From contig MU058289.1 of NCBI GenBank assembly GCA_013265495.1, forward strand, positions 744,001 through 808,000: DNA of 64,000 bases, read 5' to 3'. Shown one piece after another: positions 22,815-33,274 of this stretch. The position numbers and the translations under genes were made by a program. Below the pieces are notes generated by a model. The model was not told the origin of the DNA. It worked only from the letters and a program-made list of their open reading frames with translations, and did no database searches. Numbering within the stretch: the first letter of the stretch is position 1; each line of letters opens with the position of its first letter. This stretch comes from Vicugna vicugna. Lineage: Eukaryota.

Positions 22815-24619
22815 CTGGAACAAGAGATGGAAAAGTGCAAGGAGACAGGGGCCTGAGCCTCAGCCACCCAATTCCAGGATCTACTATGAGTTGTGGCTGT
22901 CGTAAGGCTGCCCGCATGGTCTCTGTTGCTCAGGGATGCTTGGGACCCTCCCACACAGCCTCAAAGCTACTCAGATCACCCCCCTCCACTCTCCTCCACA
23001 AGCTGTGATAGAAGAGAACTCTGGGGAAGGAAAGGAGAGCAGCAGAGCTTTCGGGTGGGGGGAGGCGGGCTGTGAGTGGGGGGAGGGAGCAGATGTCCCA
23101 CGGCTGAGGCCTGGGGGTGGCAGGCAGGGACCCGGCCCCATCAATGACTGGGTTTCACAGCATCAGCATTCCCAACATGCCGTGTGAATTCCTGCCGCCC
23201 TCTCCCACCCCACAGACGGCCCCTGGTGTCCTCACCCTCCCAAGGACCAAGCCCGGTACAAAAGAGCCCTGTTCCCTCAGGGGGAGGGGGTCTCATCCTG
23301 GGGGGCTTCTGGAGTAGATGGGGGCGAGAGAAGAGCTGGGCACTCCTGGCGGGGTTTGGAGAGGGGCCAGGAAGGACCAGGGTTTGGGGTGAGTAAGCCC
23401 CTGGCACCCGGCTGCTCTGTGGGTCGCCTTAGGGTTGGAGCCAAGGTTTCCAAGTGGCTGACTTTCAACACTCTCTTCCCACGGATAGACGCATGCACGG
23501 TCAGACACATGCAAATGCTGGTATGAAATCTGACAGATCTAGACCCAGCCAGAAGGAGCAGGCGCACACCATAGGGACCCGCATGGACAGAAGCCAGGGC
23601 CCTGCACGCATGGACGGGCACTGAGACACACACAGTCACAGAGGCACACCTGCGCCACCCTCCATCCTGCCCATAACACACCTGGACTGACAAGGGCCCA
23701 GCCGTCAGGCACACACACCTGGACCTGCCTGCGTGACATGCTCACAAAGGCAATCGGTTGGACATACACTCTGAGGTCCATGGACAGACACACCCAGACA
23801 CGTGCTGACGGACAAGAGGCAGATGCTATCTTTGTACCTGCGACAGGAAGGTACAGTACTGACACAGGTGAGGGCCACAGTGCCTGGGCAGACCTGCAAA
23901 ATGCAGGTGTAGACCGGGCATTCTGAATGGGGGTGAAAAATGATTCTTGGGGTGGGGTCCGGAAACGTCTTAGCTACTACAGTGGTTTGTGGCTCTCTAA
24001 AGGGCCACAGCACCTAAACATATACAGTAAATCCGTAGTTTTAACATTTCAAGGGGGAAGAAAGATTAGGAAAAACAGGTCTAAAAAGTTTCCTTAATGG
24101 GGTGTCAAAAAAGGCAGAGAAATACTGATGTGGATTAAGACTCACGCGGAGAGGTGCCTGCGCGTGCGCACACACACCCCTGTCATGCACTCAGGTGCTG
24201 GAACTCGTTCACTCACAGCTCACTGCCCCTACCCCCTCCCAGATGGCAGGATGCAGGTGTCTGATCAGCTGGGCATCCTTCTGCTCTTCACCTGGCCCAG
24301 GACCACTTCCACCCCATCTGCCCCAAACATGGGAGCCTCAGGGCAGCTGTTGCTGCAGAACCTCCACCAGAGGGGTTCTGAGGAGCGTGCTTCATTCTTT
24401 CTCTCTGTGTTTTCTTCCCAAACCCCTGGGGTCCCTGCCCATGGCCAAAGGAGTCCTAAGCAACACTGTCCCCCCTTCTAAATTAGTGGCAGTTCACAGC
24501 GACCCGCCGTGGCCCAGACCACAATGCCTTGCGCAGGCCCTGGGCGACCCTGCCCCTGGCTCTCAGCCCTGGTCCTTCGCTGTCTTCCCGGCCCCGGCCC
24601 TCTCGGCTGCAGTACTCAC

Positions 24620-24720
24620 CTGATGCTCCTGCTTCTGCACCCTCTGCTCCGCAGGCCCGCTCGCAGTCCCCTGGCCTCCCAGGGTCTAGGCCCCCACTTG
24701 CCGGCCCCTCCCCTCCCCCT
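24620..24720 (-). other. MAG: MAG non-coding exon 1 (5' end approximate)
   Basis: CTAGACCCTGG...GCAGAAGCAGGAGCATCAG|gtgagt; strong donor. Confidence 0.65.
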
Positions 24721-24780
24721 GGGTGCCAGGGGCCGCCTGCCTCCAGGGCCCAGCTCCTCCCTGCCCCCGGGGGAGGGGGG

Positions 24781-24797
24781 CACAAAGGGCCCTTGTC
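24781..24797. promoter_or_regulatory. Inverted SOX (SOX10-type dimeric) site in the MAG promoter
   Basis: CACAAAG-ggcc-CTTGTC just upstream of exon 1. Confidence 0.55.
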
Positions 24798-26476
24798 ACC
24801 ACCGCTCGAACTGGGCAGCCTGACGCCTGGGTTCCATGAGCTCCTTCCTGGAGGGGATGGGGGTGGCTGCCTCACTCATTCCCCCTCCATCACTGCGCAC
24901 CCTGGTTCTGGGACCCTGGGAGGGTGCTCTGATATCTCTGGAAGTCTCAGACTGAGAGGCAGAAGGCATTGTCCTCAAGCTTCTAGGGAATTTTGGTGGT
25001 GATTTAGAGATAACCCCAGCCCCAGGAGGCCACAGAGGCCAGTGTGGCCAGGAGAGGAGGCAGGATGCCCACTCTGGGTCCCAGTAACCCCCACCCCCTC
25101 TAGAATTACTTCCCTGAATCATGTTTGGTGCCCACATCCTGCTCTATTCTCTTGTAGGCTCTTCTGGCCATCACAAACGACTTTGTAGACTGACTGTCTC
25201 CTCCGTGAGAACATGACCTCCAGGAGGACAGGGCTTTGCCTGTTTACTCCCAGGCTACCCTGCCGGTAGAATGGCTCCTGGCAGTTAAGATGCATAAATG
25301 CAGTTTGGGTGCACGAATGTGTGCCTCAAATACCCTGTGGCACCTTCTGAACAGAGGCTTTTGCGTTTGTTCCTTCCTCCTGGAAAGCTCCTCCAACCCC
25401 ATCCCACTCCCCACTCCGCCGCCCACAGCGGCCTCATTTCAGCTCCCATCTTGGATGCCACATCCTCTGGAAGCCTGCCCAGCCCCTCTCACCAAGCCAA
25501 GCCCCTCGATTTCAATGCTACCCTGTCCTTCCATGGTCCTCAGCACGGTATTGCCCACCTGCACCCTCAGTGAGCTGCTTCCCCCCGCCCCCGGCACCTG
25601 AGCTCAGATTCCTGCCTGTCTGTCTATCTTGTTCACTTCTGTAGCTCCTAGGACATTGCCTATGCACAGAAAGTGCTCAGCAAGGACTGTGCCAACTCTT
25701 GGAGCCAGGTGGGGATTGTCCATGAGCAGATATCACAGTGATCCTCCTGCTGCCCCAGCCCTTCCCACTGGTCATGACCTTTCCGTGGTGGTAGTGACTA
25801 AGTGTAGTAGTGATTTGATCATGAGCTGTCCAGTCACACTGGGGCATCCTCTGTCTTCCTTCGGGCCAGAGAAGTGGGAAAGGAGGGAGGGTCCTTTCTC
25901 CCAAGGGAGAACCCGGCCCTGGGCTGGGGAGTGGGGGTGGGGGTGAGGGGCAGGGAAATCCCGCAGCCTTAGGCGGGCATGAGGAGTCAGAGCGGGCTGG
26001 ATGGAGGGGGAGGGGGAGGGGGAGTCCCACCCCCACCTCAGGCTTCATGATGTCAGACTCTGCCCGTGCCTTTCCCAGTCAGGGACAAAGGCCCATTGAG
26101 AATGGGGTGGGGCTTGAACGCCTAGGTCCCAGAGGAGAGAGGGGCCTGGTGCCTGGGCTTTGGGGAGGACGCAGAGATCCCAGGGGGACTCATATGTCAC
26201 AGCCTTCAGCGTCAACACCAGCCCCCTCGGGGTTGGGTGCTTGTGCAGTTTGAGGGTCTGTCATCCCTCTGGGTGTGAACTGAAGCCAGTCCCTGGGGGC
26301 AGGATACACAGGCAAGTGTGTCCCATAGAGGGCGCTATCACCAAGCTCTGAATTCTCGCGTCTCCAGCCTTCAGAGGATGGAGGACTGCAGAGTCCCTGC
26401 CAGCCGGAGGGCGAGATGTCACTCAGATCCAGCTACCAGTGCCGCCCGATCACCTGATTCTTCCAGACAAGGCAGG

Positions 26477-26774
26477 TGCGTTAGTTTGCTAGGGTTACTG
26501 TGACAAGGTATCATAAACTCAGTGACTCAAAAAGTCACTCAAAAAATAGTTTATTGTCTCAAGGTGCTGGAGGCTGGAAGTCTGAAGTCAAGAGGGCCAC
26601 ATTGCCCCTCTTTATAAGCACAGCGGTCCTATTGGATTAGGACCCACCCTAATGACCTCATCTTAACTTGATTATCTCTGTGCAGACTCTATTGCCAAAT
26701 AAGATCACAGAATCTGAGGTCCAGGGGTTGACTTCGACATTTAAATTTTAGAGGACTCAGTTCAACCCATTACA
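26477..26774. mobile_element. MaLR LTR (MLT1/MST-like) fragment
   Basis: 'ttagtttgctagggttactgtgacaa', 'ggaggctggaagtctgaagtcaag', 'attggattaggacccaccctaatgacctcatcttaac'. Confidence 0.75.
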
Positions 26775-27925
26775 GCAGTTCAGATTTTATGTGAAATATT
26801 TTGATCTTTAGGTATTAGTACAATTTTTCTCTAAAACACTGTGCAGACCAAGCAAAACTCATCTCAGGGCAGACTCAAGCCCTCAGGCCCACCTACTCCA
26901 TGCTCTCTGGAGTGGGAGCTGGTGCTTGGTCCAACCAGGAGGCAATCTCTCGCCTCAGCCAGAGTTGGCAGCTTCACAGCAGGAGTCTTCAAAATGTGAC
27001 CTGGGACCTTGTTAGAAATGCACCTTCTGGGCCCCACCCAGACCTGCTGCATCTGCATTTTACCAGGCCCTCGGGGAGATTCTGGTGCCCGCTAACTGCC
27101 TCATATCACTAGGACCACCCGGAGGACTGGCTAAGCTGAGAGAAAAGCACTGATGTCATTAAATGCAGTTAGCAATTTTGGTTCTCCCACCTCCTGGGCG
27201 CTGATCAGGGGTCTTCAAGGCCTCCCCCTCCCTCTCCCCTGTCAATATAAATCCCTTACATTGACGAAGCATTTGACAATTTCCAAAACCCCTTCAAGCC
27301 CCTCCCTCGCTCCTCCACAGCCCAGGGAGCCGAGTGCTGTAAACGCTTCTCTCCTCTTACAGAGGAGGAGGTGGGGTTTCAGGGCAGGGAGAGGATGCCA
27401 GTGAGATCCCGCAGCAGAGAGGAGGCCAAGTTCCCCACCTCACCTTCCTTACCCGTCCTTTGGTCTCCATTCAGGAAACCCTCTCCCAGAGGACCAGCCT
27501 CTCGTGGCTTCCAAGGCAGGAGCTGACGATGCACAGGGCTGAGCTGGCTCCCAGCTGGGTTTAGTTTGGCTCCCAGCGTGTTGATTTTTTTTTTTTAAAT
27601 CAGATTCCTTTCATCATCTGCCAAACTGATTATTTTAAAAATCAGGAAATTGCCGAGAAACATAAGGATTGCCACCTTCTCTTGAAAAGAAGCTCCAGCT
27701 ATGTTTGGCCTGCCTTTGGGCATGGCACCCATGCCTGGCAGCCTCTTTCTGTGGGGTCCCAAGCCTCCCCCCTGCCTATCATTATGAAACATTGAGGCCA
27801 AGTGGCTTTATCATCATTCTAGTCCTGATGTGTTTTCTTGGGCTAAGGAGATAGTGAAATGTGTCTTGCATCTCTTTTTCTATCAAAGTGGGGAAATTAG
27901 GTCAATTGAGAGGGATACAATTTTT

Positions 27926-28143
27926 CTTTTTTTTTAATTTTATTTATTAAAGTGTAGTTGATTTATAATGTCAGTTTCAGGTGTACAGCAAAGCGATTCA
28001 GTTATATATATATTTCAGATTCTTTCCCACTATAGCTTATTACAAGAAATTGAATATAGTTCCCTGTGCTATACATTAGGTCCTTGCTGTTTATCTATAT
28101 TATATATAGTAGTGTGTTTCTGTTAAACCCAAAGTCCTAATTT
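27926..28143 (-). mobile_element. Short L1 3'-end insertion
   Basis: T-rich tail followed by 'ttgaatatagttccctgtgctata'; degenerate TSD ggataca(a/g)tttt. Confidence 0.75.
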
Positions 28144-28324
28144 GAGGATACAGTTTTCAAGAGGAAAGGGAGGGAATTCAACCCCTTGTGGAGGGGAATA
28201 AACAGTTCCCATGTGCCTCCCATGCAATGTGTGTCCTTATTGAGAGAATACAAGTTTAGAGGCTCCTGTGGAACAAATTCATCACACCTCACTTGTTTAC
28301 TGCACCTGTCTGGTCCCTGAAGGC

Positions 28325-28647
28325 CAGTGATTCTCAAACTTTTTGGTCTCAGGACCCCTTTATACTCTGAAAAATTATTGCAAACTCCAAAAACCTTTAG
28401 TTTTACTGAGTTATATCTATTGTTGCTTAATGTATTAGAGATTGAAAGTGGGAAATGTTTAAAGCACAGGATACACAAGCACACAATCCACTGGCCATGA
28501 GAGTGATGACAGCATCACATGTCCCGGGGCCTCTGGGAAGCTCCGCTGTACGCTCACGAGAGAACGAGAGTGAAAAAGAGGTAACGTCTTAGTTTCCACC
28601 TTGTGGAGCCCTGGAGGAGTCCCCAGACCTTACTTTGGGAACTCTGG
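28325..28647. mobile_element. hAT-Charlie DNA transposon remnant
   Basis: cagtgattctcaaactttttggtctcaggacccc ... tttgggaactctg termini. Confidence 0.6.
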
Positions 28648-28956
28648 CTAGGCATTTGAATTTGTACCCTTGTTTTAAGATTTCAAGGAGGAAACTTTAA
28701 CTTTCATTCCCTGCTGCGATGACCTAAATTCGAGGTGTTTTGAGGTGGGGGAAGAAGGGGAAGAAGAGAAAACAAATTCCCTCCACCAAGCCTCCAAGCT
28801 TCCTTGCAACCCCTTGCAACACACCAATCCCACACACCTCACCAAGCTCTGGCCCTCACAAGACAGGGGCCGCAGCGAGTCTCCGGCACGGGCTTTTGTC
28901 AAAGAGAAAAGAGAACACAGACTTCGGTTTGGAAAATAAAAGTGTGAACCAGCCAT

Positions 28957-28962
28957 TTTATT
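28957..28962 (-). terminator. HAMP: HAMP polyadenylation signal AATAAA
   Basis: tttatt about 67 nt after the stop. Confidence 0.8.
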
Positions 28963-29028
28963 CCAAGACCATTCACCGAGTGTTGGAGGGCAGCGGGAAT
29001 AAATAAGGGGTTGGGGGACAGGGCGGCT

Positions 29029-29133
29029 CTATGTCTTGCAGCACATTCCACACTTTGATTTGTGACAGCAGCCGCAGCAGAACACGCAGATGGGGAAGTG
29101 GGTGTCTCGCCTCCTTAGCCTCTGGACCACGGG
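29029..29133 (-). CDS. HAMP: HAMP exon 3 (furin site and hepcidin-25)
   Basis: cccacag|[13 protein letters not shown]...CCKT*. Confidence 0.98.
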   Translation of the reverse strand, partial: PVVQRLRRRDTHFPICVFCCGCCHKSKCGMCCKT

Positions 29134-30378
29134 CTGTGGGCAGGAGGGGCGCATGAGCGAGGCCTGGGCGTAGGGAAGGCAAGGGGTGGGGGGGGGCTCA
29201 GAAGAGGGTTTCACGTATTCTCACCGTTAAGCCAGCTGCAACTCCAGCTGCGTCCTGGGTCTGGAGGTCTGCAAGCTGTCTTGTCTGTGAAAGCCAAAGA
29301 GGTACTGAGGATGGCAGGGCCCAGGTGGAGCCTCAGACTTGCTCCCACCAGCCAGCTTGTCCCCAGGTGGTTAGCATCCCCTGGCTCAGCTGCAATCCTT
29401 GGAGTGAACTTGCTTTCTGGCCTCTTCTCATCATCCTACAGGTGTGTCTCCTGCCTCCAATATCCCAGATCTGTCTCCTCCTCTCTCCACAGCTGTTAAC
29501 TCTTCCAGAGCATTCTCCCTGGCCTGGATGCTTGCCCCTTGCCAGCATCTCATCCCTTACAATCCATTCCCCAACACATTATCAGTCAGTTCTCAGCTTT
29601 CCCCATTTCAAAAGCCTGCAGGTCTTCCCCTGCGTTTGGAGGAAAATCAGTGTTTGCACAGTAGCCCACAAGACCTGGCACGACCACGGCTTGGTCTCAT
29701 CTCCAAGTACCATCTCCTTCACTCACCAAGCCCTCCGATCCTCAAGCCCACCACACCTGCCCCCACCTCCGTCTTGGCTTGCGGTCCCCTTCTCTTATCC
29801 TCCAAGTCATAGGTCAAGTAACATTTCCTCACAAAACAGCCCTTGATTCCATCTAAAGCAGTCCCCCCCTCCGCTAACTCATCATTACTCTACCACCATC
29901 TTTTAGTTATTCATGAAGAGCACTCACTAAACACAAGAGTTTACTTTTTTTAAGTTCACCGACTGATTCCCCGACCATGACGTAAGCTCCATGAGAATAT
30001 CTCCTCTCATCTCCTTTGTTCACTGCTTGATCTCTACTGTCTAGAATAGGATCTAACACAGAGCGGGCACTCAGTAAATCACTGTGGAATTAGACTGGGG
30101 TCCCTTGGTTGCTGCCACTCAGTACTCCATCTCTGCCCTTGAAGCAGCTGCCCGTCCCCCTTGCCTTGCCCAGTCCTGAGCTTGGCCCTGTGCTGGGGTC
30201 TCCGGTTGCCCTCAGCAGTCCCCTCCCAGGGGCCTGGCTTTCCCTTCTGATTCCAGCTGCCCTGCCAGTCCCCGGCCCAGGGGGTTCTCACCTGGTGCGG
30301 GAGAACGGAGCCACTGGTCAGGCTGGCCAGGAGGAGCAGCAGGAGGCAGGCAGCCCGGATCTGCATGTTCAGTGCCAT
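29029..30378 (-). CDS. HAMP: Prepro-hepcidin, 83 aa; complement(join(29029..29133,29225..29284,30292..30378))
   Basis: Signal [23 protein letters not shown], furin site RLRRR, 8-Cys mature peptide [25 protein letters not shown]. Confidence 0.98.
29225..29284 (-). CDS. HAMP: HAMP exon 2 (pro-region)
   Basis: tcacag|[20 protein letters not shown]|gtgaga, 60 nt. Confidence 0.93.
30292..30378 (-). CDS. HAMP: HAMP exon 1 (signal peptide)
   Basis: MALNMQ...VLPHQ|gtgaga. Confidence 0.96.
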
Positions 30379-30451
30379 TTTGCCGTCTGTCTGGCTGTCC
30401 AGCTGTCAGGTGGATGACTGGCTCTGCCGTCTGGGGACCCAGTTACAGTTG

Positions 30452-30553
30452 CTTTTATGGGACCTCCTGGCGGGGCGGGGATGCTAAGCCCCCTCCCCTT
30501 TGGCCCCACTCATTTCCAAGAAGGTGGTGGCGCCGAAAAGGCGGGAGAGATAA
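30452..30553 (-). promoter_or_regulatory. HAMP: HAMP proximal promoter: TATA-like CATAAAAG (30452-59), STAT3 TTCTTGGAA (30514-22), BMP-RE1 GGCGCC (30529-34), GATA (30548-53)
   Basis: Motifs read directly; order and spacing match the characterised hepcidin promoter. Confidence 0.85.
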
Positions 30554-32146
30554 GCGGGAACCGAGTAGCAGGGAACAGGGTTGTGTCACCAGCAGAGGTG
30601 TGTCCAGGAGGTGGGGCAGCCGCGGCCACAGATACATGCCTCTGGCCAGCCACCTGGGAAACACTTTCCCCAACATGACATCACCCTGTTGATCTCAGAA
30701 AAAAATTCCCCTTTGACCCAGGAGCTGAACTGGTCACTAAGCAGGAGCAAGGTGTCCTCCTCCCCTAACTTCCCAGAGGATGGCTGTCGCCTGCCAGGTC
30801 CCTGGGGGGTTCACTTCTGGGAGGGGACACTGTGACGGCCACGTGCAGGAGAGTGTGTCTGCAGGAGCCCCCAGCATGCATGTGGGGTTTTTCCAAGTGT
30901 CAGAACCTTAAGTTTTGGTCCTGGTGTCTGGGAAATGTTCTTGTGAACTTTTGGCCAAAAAGATGGCAGTGACAGTGACAGCTACCATCTGACAACTGCA
31001 CCTTAGAGCCAAGCAGATGTAGTGACTCACTTCTGTGTTAACTCAGCCCGTGGGACCCTCCTCTGAGCAGCTCCCGCCTGCCCCAGTCCCGGCTCTGCTC
31101 TGTATTCAGGGGCCCTAGATGCCTTCTCAGCTGCTGACCCCTGGCTGCCCAGCTTCCCAGACCCTGCCCCTGAGACAGAAGCCCACTCTGCCCACCTGAG
31201 ACTGATTCCCTTCACTTTACAGGAGAGGAACTTAAGGCAAAGACGAGGGCTCTGCCCAATCTTGCCCGGTCAGAGGCAGAGCTGGGCTTCCAGCCTGACC
31301 GGGGCCTGTGCCTTTCTCAACAGGCTCTCCTGCCTCCCTGAAAACATAGGAGGGCACAGGGGTCTGCTGGATCTGGCTCATACTGGCTCCACAAGTAGAC
31401 TGTGCGTGTCTCACGCCAGCTTCAGTCAGGGGCACTATGCAGTTACCTGGAACCAGCAGCGAAGGGGGTACAGGAGTACTTACACTGCAGACATCAGCGA
31501 ACACTACAAACCAGGCTTTTCTTCAGAGAGCCAGTCCCCTGCACTCCACTGGAAGGGGAACTGACTGTGGCAGCCTTACCCCTACCTATGACCAAACCAC
31601 CTTAGGGTGCACATGGCCCGGAACGGCAAACCTTGACTCCAGAGACGAGCCCTTGGCCATTTTCCCTCTCCCACTCACTCCAGGGCCATCTGGTGTCAAC
31701 CCTACCACCAGAGCCTGGGTACGGGGCTGCCAAGGGATGAACATTCTTCCCAGCCCTGAATTCCTGCCAGGGCCCGCTGGAGCAGCACAGAAACAGGGGG
31801 CCTCCAGAAAGTAACGCTGCTCCCTGCCACATGCCTCCCCATTTACTCCACCTTAGGGTCCCCCGGCTGCACACACCCTCACTCGCAAGACAGGCTCAGA
31901 GAACAGCCAGGAAAAGGAGAAAGGGCTCTGGGAGAGAAGGAAGGGACCAGCGGGGGGCATCTGGGGTGGGCGCAGCGGGCCGAGCCCAGCAAGGTGATCA
32001 GACTCGGCAGGCCTAGGTTCTTGGAGTGGCTGGAGTTGCACACAGGTTGAGGTTGAGTCTGGTGAGGGGCCGCACACTCACCCCCGGGGGCCACAGCAGC
32101 ATCCCCCAGCACCGCTAGGCATCACTGCATCTTGGCTCAGGCCAGG

Positions 32147-32187
32147 TTTCATCATCAGCCAGGGGCAGGGGTCACAGCACAGGCGCC
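32147..32187. promoter_or_regulatory. HAMP: HAMP distal element: BMP-RE2 GGCGCC (32182-87), DR1 HNF4/COUP-like GGGGCAgGGGTCA (32162-74), bZIP-like TTTCATCA (32147-54)
   Basis: About 1.7 kb upstream of HAMP; same motif trio as described for the distal BMP-responsive region. Confidence 0.7.
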
Positions 32188-32658
32188 AGAGCTACAGCGC
32201 AAGGCGACAGGCTGACGGGCCAAGCCTGGCTTCCTGGCCATCTGCCCTCCCTGGGGGTGGGGGGCTCAAGGCCAGGCCCCACCATTGGCTGGTGAGGAGG
32301 GGAGGGCGTCGGCCTGGAGGGGCAAGGCCAAGAGCCAGTCTTGTTTTTTTATGAACTGGTGACATGGGAGACCCCAGCCTCTCCTCCAAAAACATGGGAC
32401 GTGTCCTTGACCCCAGCTCCCCCTGCCCCCATGCCATACATGCACACCTGGGGCCTCAAACAGGCTCCTCATTCCTTAATTTCACCATCCATATCATCAA
32501 CAGATTGGGTAACAGGCAGTACAGGATGGCAGGGACTGGAACACCAACACAGCAGCTGAGGCCCTATCCTCAGGAGCTCTGCACCGGCCCCAGACCCCCT
32601 CCCCATACCCGAGATGGACAGATACACAGACAGACAAGGCGGGGCCACATGGGGCCAG

Positions 32659-32664
32659 TTTATT
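32659..32664 (-). terminator. USF2: USF2 polyadenylation signal AATAAA
   Basis: tttatt about 520 nt after the stop, followed on the minus strand by GU-rich sequence. Confidence 0.8.
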
Positions 32665-33184
32665 GCAGTTAAATACCTCTCTCTCTCTATTTTTTTTTTG
32701 TCCATTTCTCCATAAAGAAAATTAAAACACACTCACACACCCAAAGGGGAGCAGGGTTCCAGAAACAAGAGGTGGGGTGGGACATGGCCTCCCTGCTTAG
32801 GTCCAGGCCCCGGGGACCCCCATAGGCTCCCCTCCTTCCCGTAAGCACCCTGTCTCAGTACCTCTAGAGACCAAGGAGGCAGAGGCATATGGCAGGGCCT
32901 CTGTCCTCCTCCCTCTTGCCTCCGGGCGAGACCAGTAGAAGTGCCGGGGCTTCGTGGGGGCCGCCAGAAGGGAGACAGACAGACGGGGGAGGAGGGTCAT
33001 CCTTTCCAAGTTGAGGAGAGCGGTGGGCGCTTATCCACAGAAATGCATGATTTCTCTCCGTTTTTTGTTAAAAATCTACTATAAAAAAACGCAGCTGGGG
33101 GAGGGGCGTCTGTCCCTCTCTGTGCTAAGGGCTGGGGAAGGGGACAGCGGAGGCCGGAGCCCCCGCCGCACGGTGGGGTGGGCG

Positions 33185-33274
33185 TCACTGCCGCGCGCTC
33201 TCGCCCACCATCTCCAGGTTGTGCTGCTGCAGCTGGGCGCGGAGCACGGCGTTCTCGTTCTTCAGCTCCTCGAT
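33185..33274 (-). CDS. USF2: USF2 exon 10
   Basis: IEELKNENAVLRAQLQQHNLEMVGESARQ*. Confidence 0.95.
   Translation of the reverse strand: MEELKNENAVLRAQLQQHNLEMVGESARQ

Noticed and set aside
29480..30085. L2 and MIR fragments here and in many introns
   Set aside because: Probably real ancient repeats, but too decayed to delimit reliably by eye.
26000..33000. Second hepcidin copy like mouse Hamp2
   Set aside because: Only one set of HAMP exons was seen.
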